From Candidatus Latescibacterota bacterium (GTDB lineage: Bacteria > Latescibacterota > UBA2968 > UBA8231): 64,000 bases of DNA. This document shows, one piece after another, positions 19,507-28,996 of this stretch. Location of the stretch: NCBI GenBank assembly GCA_963422735.1, contig OY730476.1:4064001-4128000 (forward strand), in the 5' to 3' direction. Numbering within the stretch: position 1 is the stretch's first letter; the number at the start of each line of letters is the position of its first letter. A model generated the notes under the pieces. The model was not told where the DNA came from. It made no database searches and saw only the letters and a program-made list of their open reading frames with translations. Made by a program: the position numbers and the translations under genes.

Positions 19507-20663
19507 ATGTACGAACGAAATTTGGACCTACCCGCTTCCGGCACCGAGACGTTTTTCCTGTAGGGGCCGCGACAGGCGGGCAAAAGCACCCTGCTAAAAC
19601 ACCAGTACGCCGACGGCCTGTGGCTTGATCTTCTAAAGGCAGACGAGTTCAGGCGCTACGTCGCCAACCCGGAGTCTTTGCGTTAAGAAATCGAGGCGAC
19701 AGGGTTCGATCCCAGTCGCCAGATCGTCATTGATGAGATTCAGAAGGTATCTGCGCTGCTCGACGAGGTGCATTGGCTGATCGAAAACCGAGGATTGAGT
19801 TTCGCCCTTTGTGGCTCCAGTGCCCGCAAGGTGCGGAGCGGGGGGCCAACCTGCTCGGCGGACGGGCCGTGCGCTACCAACTACACGGGCTGACAGCGCG
19901 GGAACTCGACGCAGACTTTGATCTCACCCGCCTCCTCAACCACGGCTACCTGCCCCGAATGTACGCCAGCGCCCGTCCCGCACGGCTGCTCGACGCCTAT
20001 GTCGCCGACTATCTCAAGGAGGAAGTCGCGGCCGAAGGGCTAGTCCGCAATTTGCCCGCGTTTTCCGGATTTTTGGATGTGGCCGCTCTAGGCGATACTG
20101 AAATGGTCAACTTCTCTAATATCTATCGCGCGGGAGTGCGGCGTCACCAGTCACCGGCGAGGGGCTGCTACGAGATTCTCGAAGACGCGCTGCTTGGACG
20201 CTGGTTGCCCGCCTTCCGCAGGCGTCCCAAGCGGCGAGTGGTTGCCGCGCCTAAGTTCTGCTTTGCAGATGTCGGAGTAGCCAACCGACTCGCCCGCCGG
20301 GGCCAATTGCTGCCAGGCTCGGAGCTATACGGCAAGGCATTTGAGAACTGGGTGTTCCACGAACTGGCCGCGTTTGCCGACTATCAAGCGTTCGATGGCG
20401 AACTGACCTATTGGCGGCTAGCCGGCGGGACCGAGGTTGATTTCATTTTGGGCGACATGCGGCTAGCGGTCGAGGCCAAAGCGAGCAAGCACATCGTCAG
20501 CAACCACTTGAAAGGGCTGCGTAGCCTAGTGAAAGATCACCCGGGCGTCGGTCGGCGAGTGGTCGCCTGCTTTGAATCCCGCGCCCGGCGCACTGACGAC
20601 GGTATCGACATCCTGCCCGCGGCCACCTTCATCCAAATGCTCTGTGACGGCGACCTCGCCTAA
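19507..20663 (+). pseudogene. AAA_14/DUF4143 ATP-binding protein, disrupted
   Basis: FFL*GPRQAGKST, IDEIQK, LCGSSARK, GKAFEN, EVDFI; TAG 19561, TAA 19684, frameshift near 19840. Confidence 0.85.
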
Positions 20664-20674
20664 GCTAGCCGCCG

Positions 20675-21343
20675 TCACACATCCGCTTCTTGCTGGCTCT
20701 CCACTTGCACGAGCCGCGCTTCTTCGAGCACATAACCGCTGAGTTGGCCACCATAAACGCAGCCCGAGTCGAGGCCAATGAGATAGGGACGACCGTCGCG
20801 TTTTTTGACCACCAAGCCGCCGGGCGCGTCGTGGCCAAAGACAATCAAGGGATACTCCGGCTCGTAGAAATCGTGCCAGCGCGGGCTGGCGAGATCGTCG
20901 GTGGGCGGCCAAGTGCGGATCTTCAGGAATTCTTTGCGGCGGGTGCCTTGCAAGCCCTTTTTCGGGTGGATGCCGGCGTGGACTAGGAGGAAGGCGTCTT
21001 CCGCGATATAGAGCGGACACTGCCGGAGCCAAGCGAGGATTTCGTCGTGGACGGGCTGAAGCTGGGCGAGGGTATAGTCTTGGTCGGGGTACTTCACTTT
21101 GGGCTTGCGGCCCTTCGCCAAAGCGGTTAGCTGCTTCAAGAGGCGGGCGTCGTGGTTGCCCAAGACCATTGCGGCCCCGTTATCCTGAATTAACTGCCAC
21201 GCAGCGAGTGGGTCGGGGCCGCGAGAAAAAGCATCGCCGGCCAGCAATAAGCGATCCCGAGCGAGGTCGTAGCTTACTTTTGCAAGGAGGGCCGCAAACT
21301 CGGCAGCGCAGCCGTGGACGTCGCCGACGAAAATGGTACGCAT
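20675..21343 (-). CDS. metallophosphoesterase (ApaH/PPP-like)
   Basis: GDVHGC, GDAFSRGP, GNHD, VHAG, FGH, LDSGCVYGG. Confidence 0.85.
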   Translation of the reverse strand: MRTIFVGDVHGCAAEFAALLAKVSYDLARDRLLLAGDAFSRGPDPLAAWQLIQDNGAAMVLGNHDARLLKQLTALAKGRKPKVKYPDQDYTLAQLQPVHDEILAWLRQCPLYIAEDAFLLVHAGIHPKKGLQGTRRKEFLKIRTWPPTDDLASPRWHDFYEPEYPLIVFGHDAPGGLVVKKRDGRPYLIGLDSGCVYGGQLSGYVLEEARLVQVESQQEADV

Positions 21344-21412
21344 TAGATTTTCCTATATTTGCGTTGCCGAGGGGCAAACGCTATCATACTCACCACTTCA
21401 AGATAGACCCTG

Positions 21413-22753
21413 ATGGAAGCTGCGACCACATTCAACCCTGCTCCGGCGTCTTGCCACGTGATGGCCAAGCCCTCGGGATCGGTTTGCAACATCGACTGCA
21501 AGTACTGCTTCTATTTGGAGAAGGAAAAACTCTACCCGGACGCGCGCAAAAATTGGCGCATGTCCGACGAGACGCTCGAACGCTACGTCAAACAGTACAT
21601 CGAGGCCCAAGACGTGCCGCAGGTGGACTTCGCCTGGCAGGGCGGTGAGCCGACGCTGATGGGCGTGGACTTTTTTCGCCGCGCGGTCCAGCTACAGGAG
21701 CAGTACGCCAATGGCAAGATCGTCACCAACGCTTTCCAGACCAACGGCATCCTCCTCAACGACGAGTGGGGCGAGTTCCTCGCCGAAAACAAATTCCTAA
21801 TCGGGCTGTCGATCGATGGGCCGCGCGAATACCACGACTACTACCGGGTTGACAAGGGCCAGAAGCCGACCTACGACCGAGTGTACGCCGGTCTGCAAAT
21901 GCTCAAAAAGCACGCGGTGGAATTCAACACCCTGACCGTGCTGCAAAACCACAACGCCGATCATCCGCTCGAAATCTACCGCTTCCTGCGCACAGAAGGC
22001 TCGAGGTTTATGCAGTTTATTCCCATCGTCGAGCGCATCGCGCACGAGTCGGATGAGGACGGGCTGGAGCTAGTCGATCCCGAATACGAGGGCCGGGCGC
22101 CGGTTTCCAAGTGGTCGGTGGGGCCGGGGCAGTACGGCAAGTTCCTCTGCGCGATCTTTGACGAATGGGTGCGCGACGACGTCGGCCAAGTCTTTGTGCA
22201 GCTCTTCGACGTGACCCTCGGCTCGTGGCTGGGCCAGGATGCGAGCCTGTGCATCTTTGCCGAGACCTGCGGCAAAGCGCTGATCATTGAGCACAACGGC
22301 GACCTCTACTCCTGCGATCACTTCGTCTATTCGGATTATCGCTTGGGCAATGTCCACGAGGAGAGCATCCGCGACATGGTCGCCAGCCCGCAGCAGACTA
22401 GGTTCGGGCAGGACAAAAAGGACGCGTTGCCCCAGTACTGCATCGAATGCGATTATCGCTTCGCCTGCAACGGCGGCTGTCCCAAGCACCGCTTTACCAA
22501 GACCCCGCGCGGCGAGGATGGTCTCAACTATCTGTGCAAAGGGTACAAGATGTACTTCGGGCATGTCGATCCCTATATGCGCTTTATGGCCAACGAATTG
22601 CGGCACGGCCGACCGGCCACCGGCGTGATGGAATGGGCCAGAAAAAGGGACGCGGTCAAGGCCGCCCGGCAGCAAAAGCCCCCCGGCCGCAATGACTCGT
22701 GTTCCTGCGGCAGCGGCAAGAAATACAAGCGCTGCTGTGGCCGGGCTGCATAA
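21413..22753 (+). CDS. anaerobic sulfatase maturase (radical SAM/SPASM) with SEC-C tail
   Basis: CNIDCKYCFY, WQGGEPTL, SIDGP, YSCDHFV, CNGGCPKHR, GRNDSCSCGSGKKYKRCC. Confidence 0.9.
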   Translation: MEAATTFNPAPASCHVMAKPSGSVCNIDCKYCFYLEKEKLYPDARKNWRMSDETLERYVKQYIEAQDVPQVDFAWQGGEPTLMGVDFFRRAVQLQEQYANGKIVTNAFQTNGILLNDEWGEFLAENKFLIGLSIDGPREYHDYYRVDKGQKPTYDRVYAGLQMLKKHAVEFNTLTVLQNHNADHPLEIYRFLRTEGSRFMQFIPIVERIAHESDEDGLELVDPEYEGRAPVSKWSVGPGQYGKFLCAIFDEWVRDDVGQVFVQLFDVTLGSWLGQDASLCIFAETCGKALIIEHNGDLYSCDHFVYSDYRLGNVHEESIRDMVASPQQTRFGQDKKDALPQYCIECDYRFACNGGCPKHRFTKTPRGEDGLNYLCKGYKMYFGHVDPYMRFMANELRHGRPATGVMEWARKRDAVKAARQQKPPGRNDSCSCGSGKKYKRCCGRAA

Positions 22754-22766
22754 CGGAAAGGAAGTA

Positions 22767-23660
22767 ATGATCGATATCGAGCTACATCCCGCAGACTGCA
22801 AGGCCGTCGTCGCCATTGACGGCCAGCTTTTTACCGAGTACCGCTACGGCCACTACGTGTGCCGCCCGTACTTCTATCCAGTGCTAACGCCCAGCGGTGC
22901 CGGCCTCACCCGGGCCTATCCGATGGAAGATGTCGCCGATGAAACGCAGGACCACTACCACCATCGCGGCATGTACACGGCCCACGGCCTCGTCAACGGC
23001 CACAACCTCTGGGACGAGGGCACCGGTCACGGGGCCATGCTCCAGCGAGGCGAGCCGGTAGTAGGTGCAATTGACGGCGCAGCGCAGATCGATGGGATCG
23101 TCGATTGGTTCGGGCCGGAGGGCGAGAAGCTGTTGGAGGAGCGGCGCACCATCGCCATCCGCGCCGAAGGTGCATTGCGGATCATGGATCAACGCAGCGA
23201 ATTCCGCGCCCGCTACGGCGACGCAACCTTCGGCGACACCAAAGAAGGCGGGCTGTTTGCGATTCGGGTGCCGACCTCCATGGATGCCAAAGACGCAGGG
23301 CGGATTGAAAATTCTGCGGGCCAAGTCTTTGAAAACGGCCAAGGTACAGAGGTTACTTGGGGCCAGCAGGCGGCTTGGGTGGATTATTCCGGGCCGGTAG
23401 CCGATGGCGAGGAGTGGGGGCACACCGTCGTCGATCACCGCGACAACCCCCGCCATCCGACCTACTGGCACGTGCGCGGCTACGGGCTGTTTACCGCCAA
23501 CGCCTTTGGGGGGCACGATTTCAAGGGCGACGCGAACATCGACGAGAGCCTGACTATTCCCGGCGGCGACAAGGCCGTCTTCCGCTATCGGCTGATCATC
23601 CATCCTGGCCGCGGCGTTGATGGCCACCCAGATGTGCGCCAGCTAATTGAGCAGTTCTAA
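22767..23660 (+). CDS. DUF6807/'PmoA-family' beta-sandwich protein
   Basis: RPYFYPV, DHYHHRG, FGDTKEGG, AAWVDYSG, WHVRGYGLF. Confidence 0.7.
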   Translation: MIDIELHPADCKAVVAIDGQLFTEYRYGHYVCRPYFYPVLTPSGAGLTRAYPMEDVADETQDHYHHRGMYTAHGLVNGHNLWDEGTGHGAMLQRGEPVVGAIDGAAQIDGIVDWFGPEGEKLLEERRTIAIRAEGALRIMDQRSEFRARYGDATFGDTKEGGLFAIRVPTSMDAKDAGRIENSAGQVFENGQGTEVTWGQQAAWVDYSGPVADGEEWGHTVVDHRDNPRHPTYWHVRGYGLFTANAFGGHDFKGDANIDESLTIPGGDKAVFRYRLIIHPGRGVDGHPDVRQLIEQF

Positions 23661-23688
23661 GCGGGATAGGATGGTATCTATAGTAGGG

Positions 23689-23715
23689 AAAACCGGTCTG
23701 CGGGCCGGTTTTTTT
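23689..23715 (+). terminator. intrinsic terminator
   Basis: AAAACCGGTC-TGCG-GGCCGGTTTT hairpin followed by a T-tract. Confidence 0.7.
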
Positions 23716-23749
23716 GTGCCTTGTCACAGTTTCAAACAGACGGAGAGCA

Positions 23750-24814
23750 ATGACTAAGAGCAAGCAAGACAGGCTGCGCGTCGCCTTAATCGGCACCGGT
23801 GGAATCGCTGGGGCGCACATGCGCTATTACCAAGACATGGACGACGTGGAGATGGTGGCCGCGGCGGATGTGGTACTCGAAAGAGCGCAAAAATACTGTG
23901 AGGAATACGAAATCCCCGCAGCTTACGCCGACTACGAGGAAATGCTCCGGCAGGTCGAACCCGATGCAGTGAGCGTCTGTACGCCCAACGGCCTGCACGT
24001 TGCCTGCTCCATCGCCGCGCTCGACGCGGGTGCCCACGTCCTCGTCGAGAAACCTTTGGCCATGAATGTACGCGAGGGCCAAAAGATGCTTGACGCAGCT
24101 AAGAAAAACGGCAAAAAGCTGATCATTGGATTCCAGAACCGCTATGAGCCGAAAACGCAGTTTATCAAGAAGCTCGTTGACGACGGCGAACTGGGCACAG
24201 TCCTGTACGCCCGGGTGCAGGCCCTGCGGCGGCGGGGAATTCCCAACTGGGGAGTCTTCGGTCGCAAGGAACTACAAGGCGGCGGGCCGCTGATCGATAT
24301 CGGCGTCCACATGCTGGAGACCACGCACTATGCGATGGGTGCACCCAGACCGGTGGCCGCCAGTGGCAGCACCTATACCTACCTCGGCGATAAGCCGTCA
24401 AACGCGATCTCGCAGTGGCCCAACTGGGATTACAAGACCTATACGGTAGAGGACTTAGCGGTGGGGCATATCCGCTTTGCAAACGGCGCAATGCTCAGTA
24501 TTGAGACCAGCTTCGCCGCCCATATCGAGAAGAATGAGTGGAACTTCACGCTGATGGGCGATAAGGGCGGTGCCAACTGGGACCCGCCGGGGCTTTTCCA
24601 CGACGCCAACGATTACATGGTCAACACCCGGCCCGAGTGGATGCCCAGCGGCCCAGCAGCCGACGCCTTCGGCCAGAAGATGCGCAACTTTGTCGATCAC
24701 GTACTCTACGGCGCGGAAACCCTGTCGCCCGGAGAGCACGGGCTGATGGTGCAGAAGATGATCGACGGGCTGTATGAATCGGCGGAGCAGGGGCGAGAAG
24801 TGCGGATTGAGTAG
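23750..24814 (+). CDS. Gfo/Idh/MocA oxidoreductase
   Basis: IGTGGIA, HVLVEKPLA, GGGPLIDIGVH. Confidence 0.9.
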   Translation: MTKSKQDRLRVALIGTGGIAGAHMRYYQDMDDVEMVAAADVVLERAQKYCEEYEIPAAYADYEEMLRQVEPDAVSVCTPNGLHVACSIAALDAGAHVLVEKPLAMNVREGQKMLDAAKKNGKKLIIGFQNRYEPKTQFIKKLVDDGELGTVLYARVQALRRRGIPNWGVFGRKELQGGGPLIDIGVHMLETTHYAMGAPRPVAASGSTYTYLGDKPSNAISQWPNWDYKTYTVEDLAVGHIRFANGAMLSIETSFAAHIEKNEWNFTLMGDKGGANWDPPGLFHDANDYMVNTRPEWMPSGPAADAFGQKMRNFVDHVLYGAETLSPGEHGLMVQKMIDGLYESAEQGREVRIE

Positions 24815-24865
24815 GCGTTAAGTTTTCTAAAAACGGACTTTCCTAGAATTAAGGACTGTTTAATC

Positions 24866-24935
24866 AGTGGTTAGTGGTTAGTGGTTAGTGGTTAGTGGTT
24901 AGTGGTTAGTGGTTAGTGGTTAGTGGTTAGTGGTC
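24866..24935. repeat. heptamer tandem array (AGTGGTT)x9 plus one variant unit
   Basis: Nine perfect units 24866-24928, then AGTGGTC. Confidence 0.95.
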
Positions 24936-25126
24936 CGTCCCATCCGCCCCCTTGGCGGCGGGTACCCGGCGACTGGCCCGGAACATCGACGCGGGGGACC
25001 GCGCTGGCCCGGACGAGGGCTACGGCCACGCCGAGTGAAACCGCCTAAATGAAACCTGAATTCCCAACCGCACACTAGGAAATTCCGTCTAAAAATGGCG
25101 TAAATTTTGCAATGACACCTAGAGAC

Positions 25127-25210
25127 CTTACTACACGACACCCGCCTCCGGCCGCCGGTGGTCGTTTTGGTTTCTTCGGCGGACCTACGCCCCCGGTGTC
25201 GCGTAATAAG
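25127..25210. mobile_element. MITE-like element with 16-bp imperfect terminal inverted repeats
   Basis: CTTACTACACGACACC (25127-25142) / GGTGTCGCGTAATAAG (25195-25210), 14/16 complementary. Confidence 0.5.
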
Positions 25211-25213
25211 CTT

Positions 25214-25315
25214 AGAGACTCTAACAAAACCCGCTGGGCGATCCTCGGAACGCGGGCGTCCCACCCGCTCATGTCATTCCTGCGAAAGCAGGAATCCAGT
25301 TTTGTTAGGGCCTCT
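25214..25315. mobile_element. MITE-like element with 17-bp TIRs carrying a REP-like hairpin
   Basis: AGAGACTCTAACAAAAC (25214-25230) / GTTTTGTTAGGGCCTCT (25299-25315), 15/17; internal GTCATTCCTGCGAAAGCAGGAATCC (25273-25297). Confidence 0.55.
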
Positions 25316-25356
25316 TAAAATTATGCGTCAAACCCGACAAAACACTCGGCGCACAT

Positions 25357-26364
25357 TTAATCCCACTCCGCCTCAACCCCCAACTCGCGCCCGCACGCCG
25401 CTAGCCTTTCCAAGTCATCCAAGTCTATCGGCAGCCCTTCGCGGGCGTATTCCTCGCTCTTGCGGTGCTCAATGGTGCCAGGCAGGGTCGCCTCGTCGTA
25501 GCCGCGCACAGGTTCCATGGTCTCGCGGACGCCGCGCACGAGAGTGTCAACGCCAGCGCGGAAGGTGTCGGGTGGGGCAAACGCGCCGATGTCCATGACT
25601 ATGATCAGGCCGCCATTGCCAGCGCGGGGCCACCGCTGGGCAACGGCCCGAGCGCGGTCGCTATTCTGGCCGACGAAGGCCCCGCCCAGCGTCAGCGCCG
25701 AGCCGGTGTAGCCCATCGACTTGAAGAAAGCCGGCGGGATCAGCTCCTGTAAGGCGTCGTATTCGGGACCGCGGTGGTAGTCGGCGAGGATGCAGGTGGC
25801 CGCGTCGAGGACCAGCGGCGGCTCTTCTTCTGACGGAAAGCCAAAGCAGAGCGGCGGGTTGCCCCAGTAGGCAGACTGCTGGCCACGGTTGCCGCCGCCC
25901 TCGCCGAAGTAATTGGGATGGTGTCCCTGAACTGAAAAGGCACAGCAGCCCTCCTGCATGGCGCGGCGCACGTAATGCCCGGCCGAGCCGTAGTGCCCGA
26001 GGTGGCAAGCTGCACCGAGGGCAACCTTGTATTGCTTGGCTTTCTCAATGGCCTTTTCGGTGGCCAGCATCATCGGCGCGTAGCCCAAGCCACCATCGCC
26101 GTCGATGAGGACCGTGGTCTCGGTATCTTGCAGCACGCGCAAATCGGGGTTGGGATTGACCGTGCCATCGCGGAGGCTGGCGCAATAGCCAACCATGGCG
26201 CGAGTACCGTGCGAGCGCACGCCGCGCAGGTCGGAGTTGGACAACAGCTCGGCTAGCTGATCGGCGTGGTCGGCGCGCAGCCCGGCGGCCTTGAGACAGT
26301 CGGCGGTAAAGGAGCGCAGCGCGGCGACGGGTATGCGCTTGCATTCTGCGGGGGGGCGATTCAT
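25357..26364 (-). CDS. Ldh_2-family (malate/L-lactate/sulfolactate-type) oxidoreductase
   Basis: DLRGVRSHG, IDGDGGLG, HYGSAGHY, WGNPP. Confidence 0.8.
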   Translation of the reverse strand: MNRPPAECKRIPVAALRSFTADCLKAAGLRADHADQLAELLSNSDLRGVRSHGTRAMVGYCASLRDGTVNPNPDLRVLQDTETTVLIDGDGGLGYAPMMLATEKAIEKAKQYKVALGAACHLGHYGSAGHYVRRAMQEGCCAFSVQGHHPNYFGEGGGNRGQQSAYWGNPPLCFGFPSEEEPPLVLDAATCILADYHRGPEYDALQELIPPAFFKSMGYTGSALTLGGAFVGQNSDRARAVAQRWPRAGNGGLIIVMDIGAFAPPDTFRAGVDTLVRGVRETMEPVRGYDEATLPGTIEHRKSEEYAREGLPIDLDDLERLAACGRELGVEAEWD

Positions 26365-26401
26365 AGAGAGTCCTCGAGGTTAGAATTTGCTTGCACGGCC
26401 T

Positions 26402-27466
26402 TCAGACGAGGGCCTCTCGGAGAAAGTCGTAGGCGCGGGCACCGCTGATCTGGTGGCGGCCCGAGAAAATGTCGGCTTCCACCCGCTGGTGTGCTGAGAA
26501 AACACCATATACCCGGCGCGCTTTGGTCAAGCTGGAGCGCACGGCGGCAAGGGGGAAGATGGGGTCGTGAGTGCCGGCTTCCACCAGCAAGGGTCGCGGG
26601 GCGATAAGGCCGACTAGATCGTACATTTCGCCGAATTCAGCTAGGCCCGGCACAAAATTGCAAGGGCAGTGTGACATGGCCAGAATGCTGTGCTGGAAGG
26701 TCGAGTAGTAGCCGCTGACCACGCAGGCGCGGATGCGCTCGTCCATGCAGGTGGAGAAGAAGGTGTGCATGCCGCCGCCCGAAATGCCCATGGCCCCGAG
26801 GCGACTGGTGTCGAACTCGGGGCGGGTTTCCAAGTAATTGACCAAGCGCAGGCCATCGCGTACGCGGATGCCGACCACCGAAGTGCCCAAGTGGAAGGCG
26901 AGCATGGCCATATGGGTACAGGTCGAAGGTGCTCCTTGGCCGCGTTCCAGATAGGAGAAATCGGTCTGGCGTTCGCCAAAGCCCGAAATTTCTGGGGCGG
27001 CCACGGCAAAGCCAGCGCGGCATAGAGCCACGCCAAAGTCTTTGTGGTAGCCATCGGGTTCGTCGCGTTCGCCGCCATCCTCCCACAAACCGACAATGTC
27101 TTTTACGCCGTACCCGTGGCCATGGAAAGCCACGACCGTGGGCAAGGGGCCATTGGCACCTTTGGGCAGCAGGATGTACACTGGCATCTGCGCATGGAGA
27201 CCGGTGCGCAGGATTATTTTTTGCCGCGTATAATCGCCTTTGTCGATCTCTTCTACTTGGCTCGGGGCCAAGTCCGTCTCGTTGCCGGTCGCTAGTCCCA
27301 AATGATTGGCTAAGGCGCGTCGCGTCGTCTTTTGCCAGCGTCGCGCTTGGGCCGGATTTTCGGCTTTAAAAGCGCGGGGCGCTGCCGCCGGGTCGTACTG
27401 TTTCCACAGCGAGGTCGCCGGTTGCAGTGGTTTTAGGGTGCGATTGTCGAGTATTTTGGAGGCCAT
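26402..27466 (-). CDS. alpha/beta hydrolase (acetylxylan esterase/dienelactone hydrolase-like)
   Basis: FHGHG, GISGGG nucleophile, LIAPRPLL, GTHDPIFP. Confidence 0.8.
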   Translation of the reverse strand: MASKILDNRTLKPLQPATSLWKQYDPAAAPRAFKAENPAQARRWQKTTRRALANHLGLATGNETDLAPSQVEEIDKGDYTRQKIILRTGLHAQMPVYILLPKGANGPLPTVVAFHGHGYGVKDIVGLWEDGGERDEPDGYHKDFGVALCRAGFAVAAPEISGFGERQTDFSYLERGQGAPSTCTHMAMLAFHLGTSVVGIRVRDGLRLVNYLETRPEFDTSRLGAMGISGGGMHTFFSTCMDERIRACVVSGYYSTFQHSILAMSHCPCNFVPGLAEFGEMYDLVGLIAPRPLLVEAGTHDPIFPLAAVRSSLTKARRVYGVFSAHQRVEADIFSGRHQISGARAYDFLREALV

Positions 27467-27499
27467 AAAGGACCCTAAGGGTGAAGCGACCGAGTGGCG

Positions 27500-28744
27500 C
27501 TAAACACCACTCATCACTAATTCCCCAACGACCTGCACCATTACTTGGTCGCCAGCCTCAACGCGCTGGTGGGGTTCAAGAACGACGAAGCTGTTGGCGT
27601 TGAGCATGGAGCTGATTATGTGCGAGCCTTGGCTACGGGCGAGGCGCACCCAGAGCTGGCCATCTTGGTAGCGCAAGGTGGCGCGCATGTACTGGCGGCG
27701 GTCGCCGTCGTTGTCGCAGGGGCTTTCCACTCGGGCGTGCGCCTCGGGCAAAAACCACGCCGATTGCGGATAGCCTGCGGCCTTGCGGATGGCTGGGCGC
27801 ACGAACTGAAGAAAGGACATCATGCTCGATACTGGGTTGCCGGGCAGGCCGAAGTACGGCACGCCGCCGACCGTGCAGAAGACCAGCGGCTTGCCTGGTT
27901 TCATGGCCACGCGCCAGAAGATCGTCTCGGCCCCCAAGTCGTCGAGGACCTTTTTGACGAAGTCGTATTCGCCGACCGAGACGCCGCCCGAGGAGACGGC
28001 GAAGTCAGCGCGGATCGCGGCCTCGATGGTGGCGCGGATTGCGGCCTCGTCGTCCGGTACTGTGGGCAGCATGACCGGTTCGGCTCCGTGGGCGCGGCAA
28101 AAGGCGGCTAGGGCGCACGTATTGCTGTTGACGATCTGCCCTTCTCCGGGCGTCTCTTCGATCTCGACTAGCTCGTCGCCGGTGGAGAGGATGGCGACGC
28201 GCGGTCGCCGATACACTGAGACGAAGCTCTGCTGCACAGCGGCGAGCACGGCCAGTTCGCCGGGGCTGCACTCGGTACCGGCCTTGATGATTGGCTCGCC
28301 GCAGCGCATGTCCTCGCCACGCCGGCGAATGTGTGCACCGCGCTCTTCAACAGTGAGGATCTCGACCCCCTGTCCGGTGGGGCGGGTGTCCTCTACTGGG
28401 GCGATGGTGTCGGCTCCGGCGGGCACGGCCGCACCCGTCATAATGCGGCTGGCTTGGCCGGAGCCAACCGCTTTTTGCGGCACCTTACCGGCTGGTATGT
28501 CTTCAATGACTTCCAAGGCTACGTCCGCATCGCCCCTCGCTGCGGCTACGTCCGCATGGCGCACGGCATAGCCGTCCATGGCCGAATTGTCGCAGGGTGG
28601 ATTGTCGCGGCGCGCCAACACGTCTTGGGCGAGTACGCGGCCGGTGGCGTCGAGCAGAGAGACGCGCTCGGGGCCGAGGACTTTCACGTACTCAAGGACG
28701 ATGGCGCGGGCTTCTTCTGGAGTGAGCATCTGGTCGAGGGGCAT
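27500..28744 (-). CDS. moeA: molybdopterin molybdotransferase
   Basis: NSAMDGYA, RIMTGA, STGDEL, SGGVSVGEYD, MKPGKP, GLPGNPVS. Confidence 0.95.
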   Translation of the reverse strand: MPLDQMLTPEEARAIVLEYVKVLGPERVSLLDATGRVLAQDVLARRDNPPCDNSAMDGYAVRHADVAAARGDADVALEVIEDIPAGKVPQKAVGSGQASRIMTGAAVPAGADTIAPVEDTRPTGQGVEILTVEERGAHIRRRGEDMRCGEPIIKAGTECSPGELAVLAAVQQSFVSVYRRPRVAILSTGDELVEIEETPGEGQIVNSNTCALAAFCRAHGAEPVMLPTVPDDEAAIRATIEAAIRADFAVSSGGVSVGEYDFVKKVLDDLGAETIFWRVAMKPGKPLVFCTVGGVPYFGLPGNPVSSMMSFLQFVRPAIRKAAGYPQSAWFLPEAHARVESPCDNDGDRRQYMRATLRYQDGQLWVRLARSQGSHIISSMLNANSFVVLEPHQRVEAGDQVMVQVVGELVMSGV

Positions 28745-28958
28745 ATCGGGTATCTATGGCTCCTTATTTATGTAGGCGACAGAAGATACGGCAGAACGAC
28801 GGCGATACAAATCCCTCGCGGCTGTACGTCGAGTTCAACATGACGCTCAACCAGCGGCAGCGTCTGGGTGGTCGTGCTATGTGTATTTGCTACGAGAGTT
28901 GGCGCGGATTTTGCGCTTGTGGATCGATAGGGCGGAGGTTGGTGCAGAGGGTGCGAAA

Positions 28959-28983
28959 GGGGCGGCTTGCGAACCGCCCCTAC
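28959..28983 (-). repeat. GTAG-type REP-like palindrome
   Basis: Reverse complement GTAGGGGCGGTTCGCAAGCCGCCCC, just downstream of a stop codon. Confidence 0.55.
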
Positions 28984-28996
28984 AGACGAGGCACGA

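Noticed and set aside
18634-19563. 309-aa ORF as a real gene
   Set aside because: A chance read-through linking out-of-frame ARH sequence, the AAA tail, the HigA core and the AAA_14 start.
18323-20663. Stop-codon recoding (Sec, Pyl or alternative code) in the interrupted genes
   Set aside because: TAG, TAA and TGA stops all occur together with frameshifts, and intact genes use all three stops normally; decay is the simpler explanation.
22767-23660. 'PmoA family' protein as a methane monooxygenase
   Set aside because: The protein is soluble with no TM helices, there are no pmoB/pmoC genes, and it sits beside a sugar-type oxidoreductase; the family label is misleading.
24866-24935. Telomere-like repeat or eukaryotic contamination
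   Set aside because: A short internal array flanked by ordinary bacterial genes, with related units elsewhere in the window.
24936-25075. Structured ncRNA or small CDS after the heptamer array
   Set aside because: No recognisable RNA family motif or protein similarity by eye; an Rfam search would be needed.
28745-28958. Moco riboswitch upstream of moeA
   Set aside because: I could not identify the conserved structure by eye.
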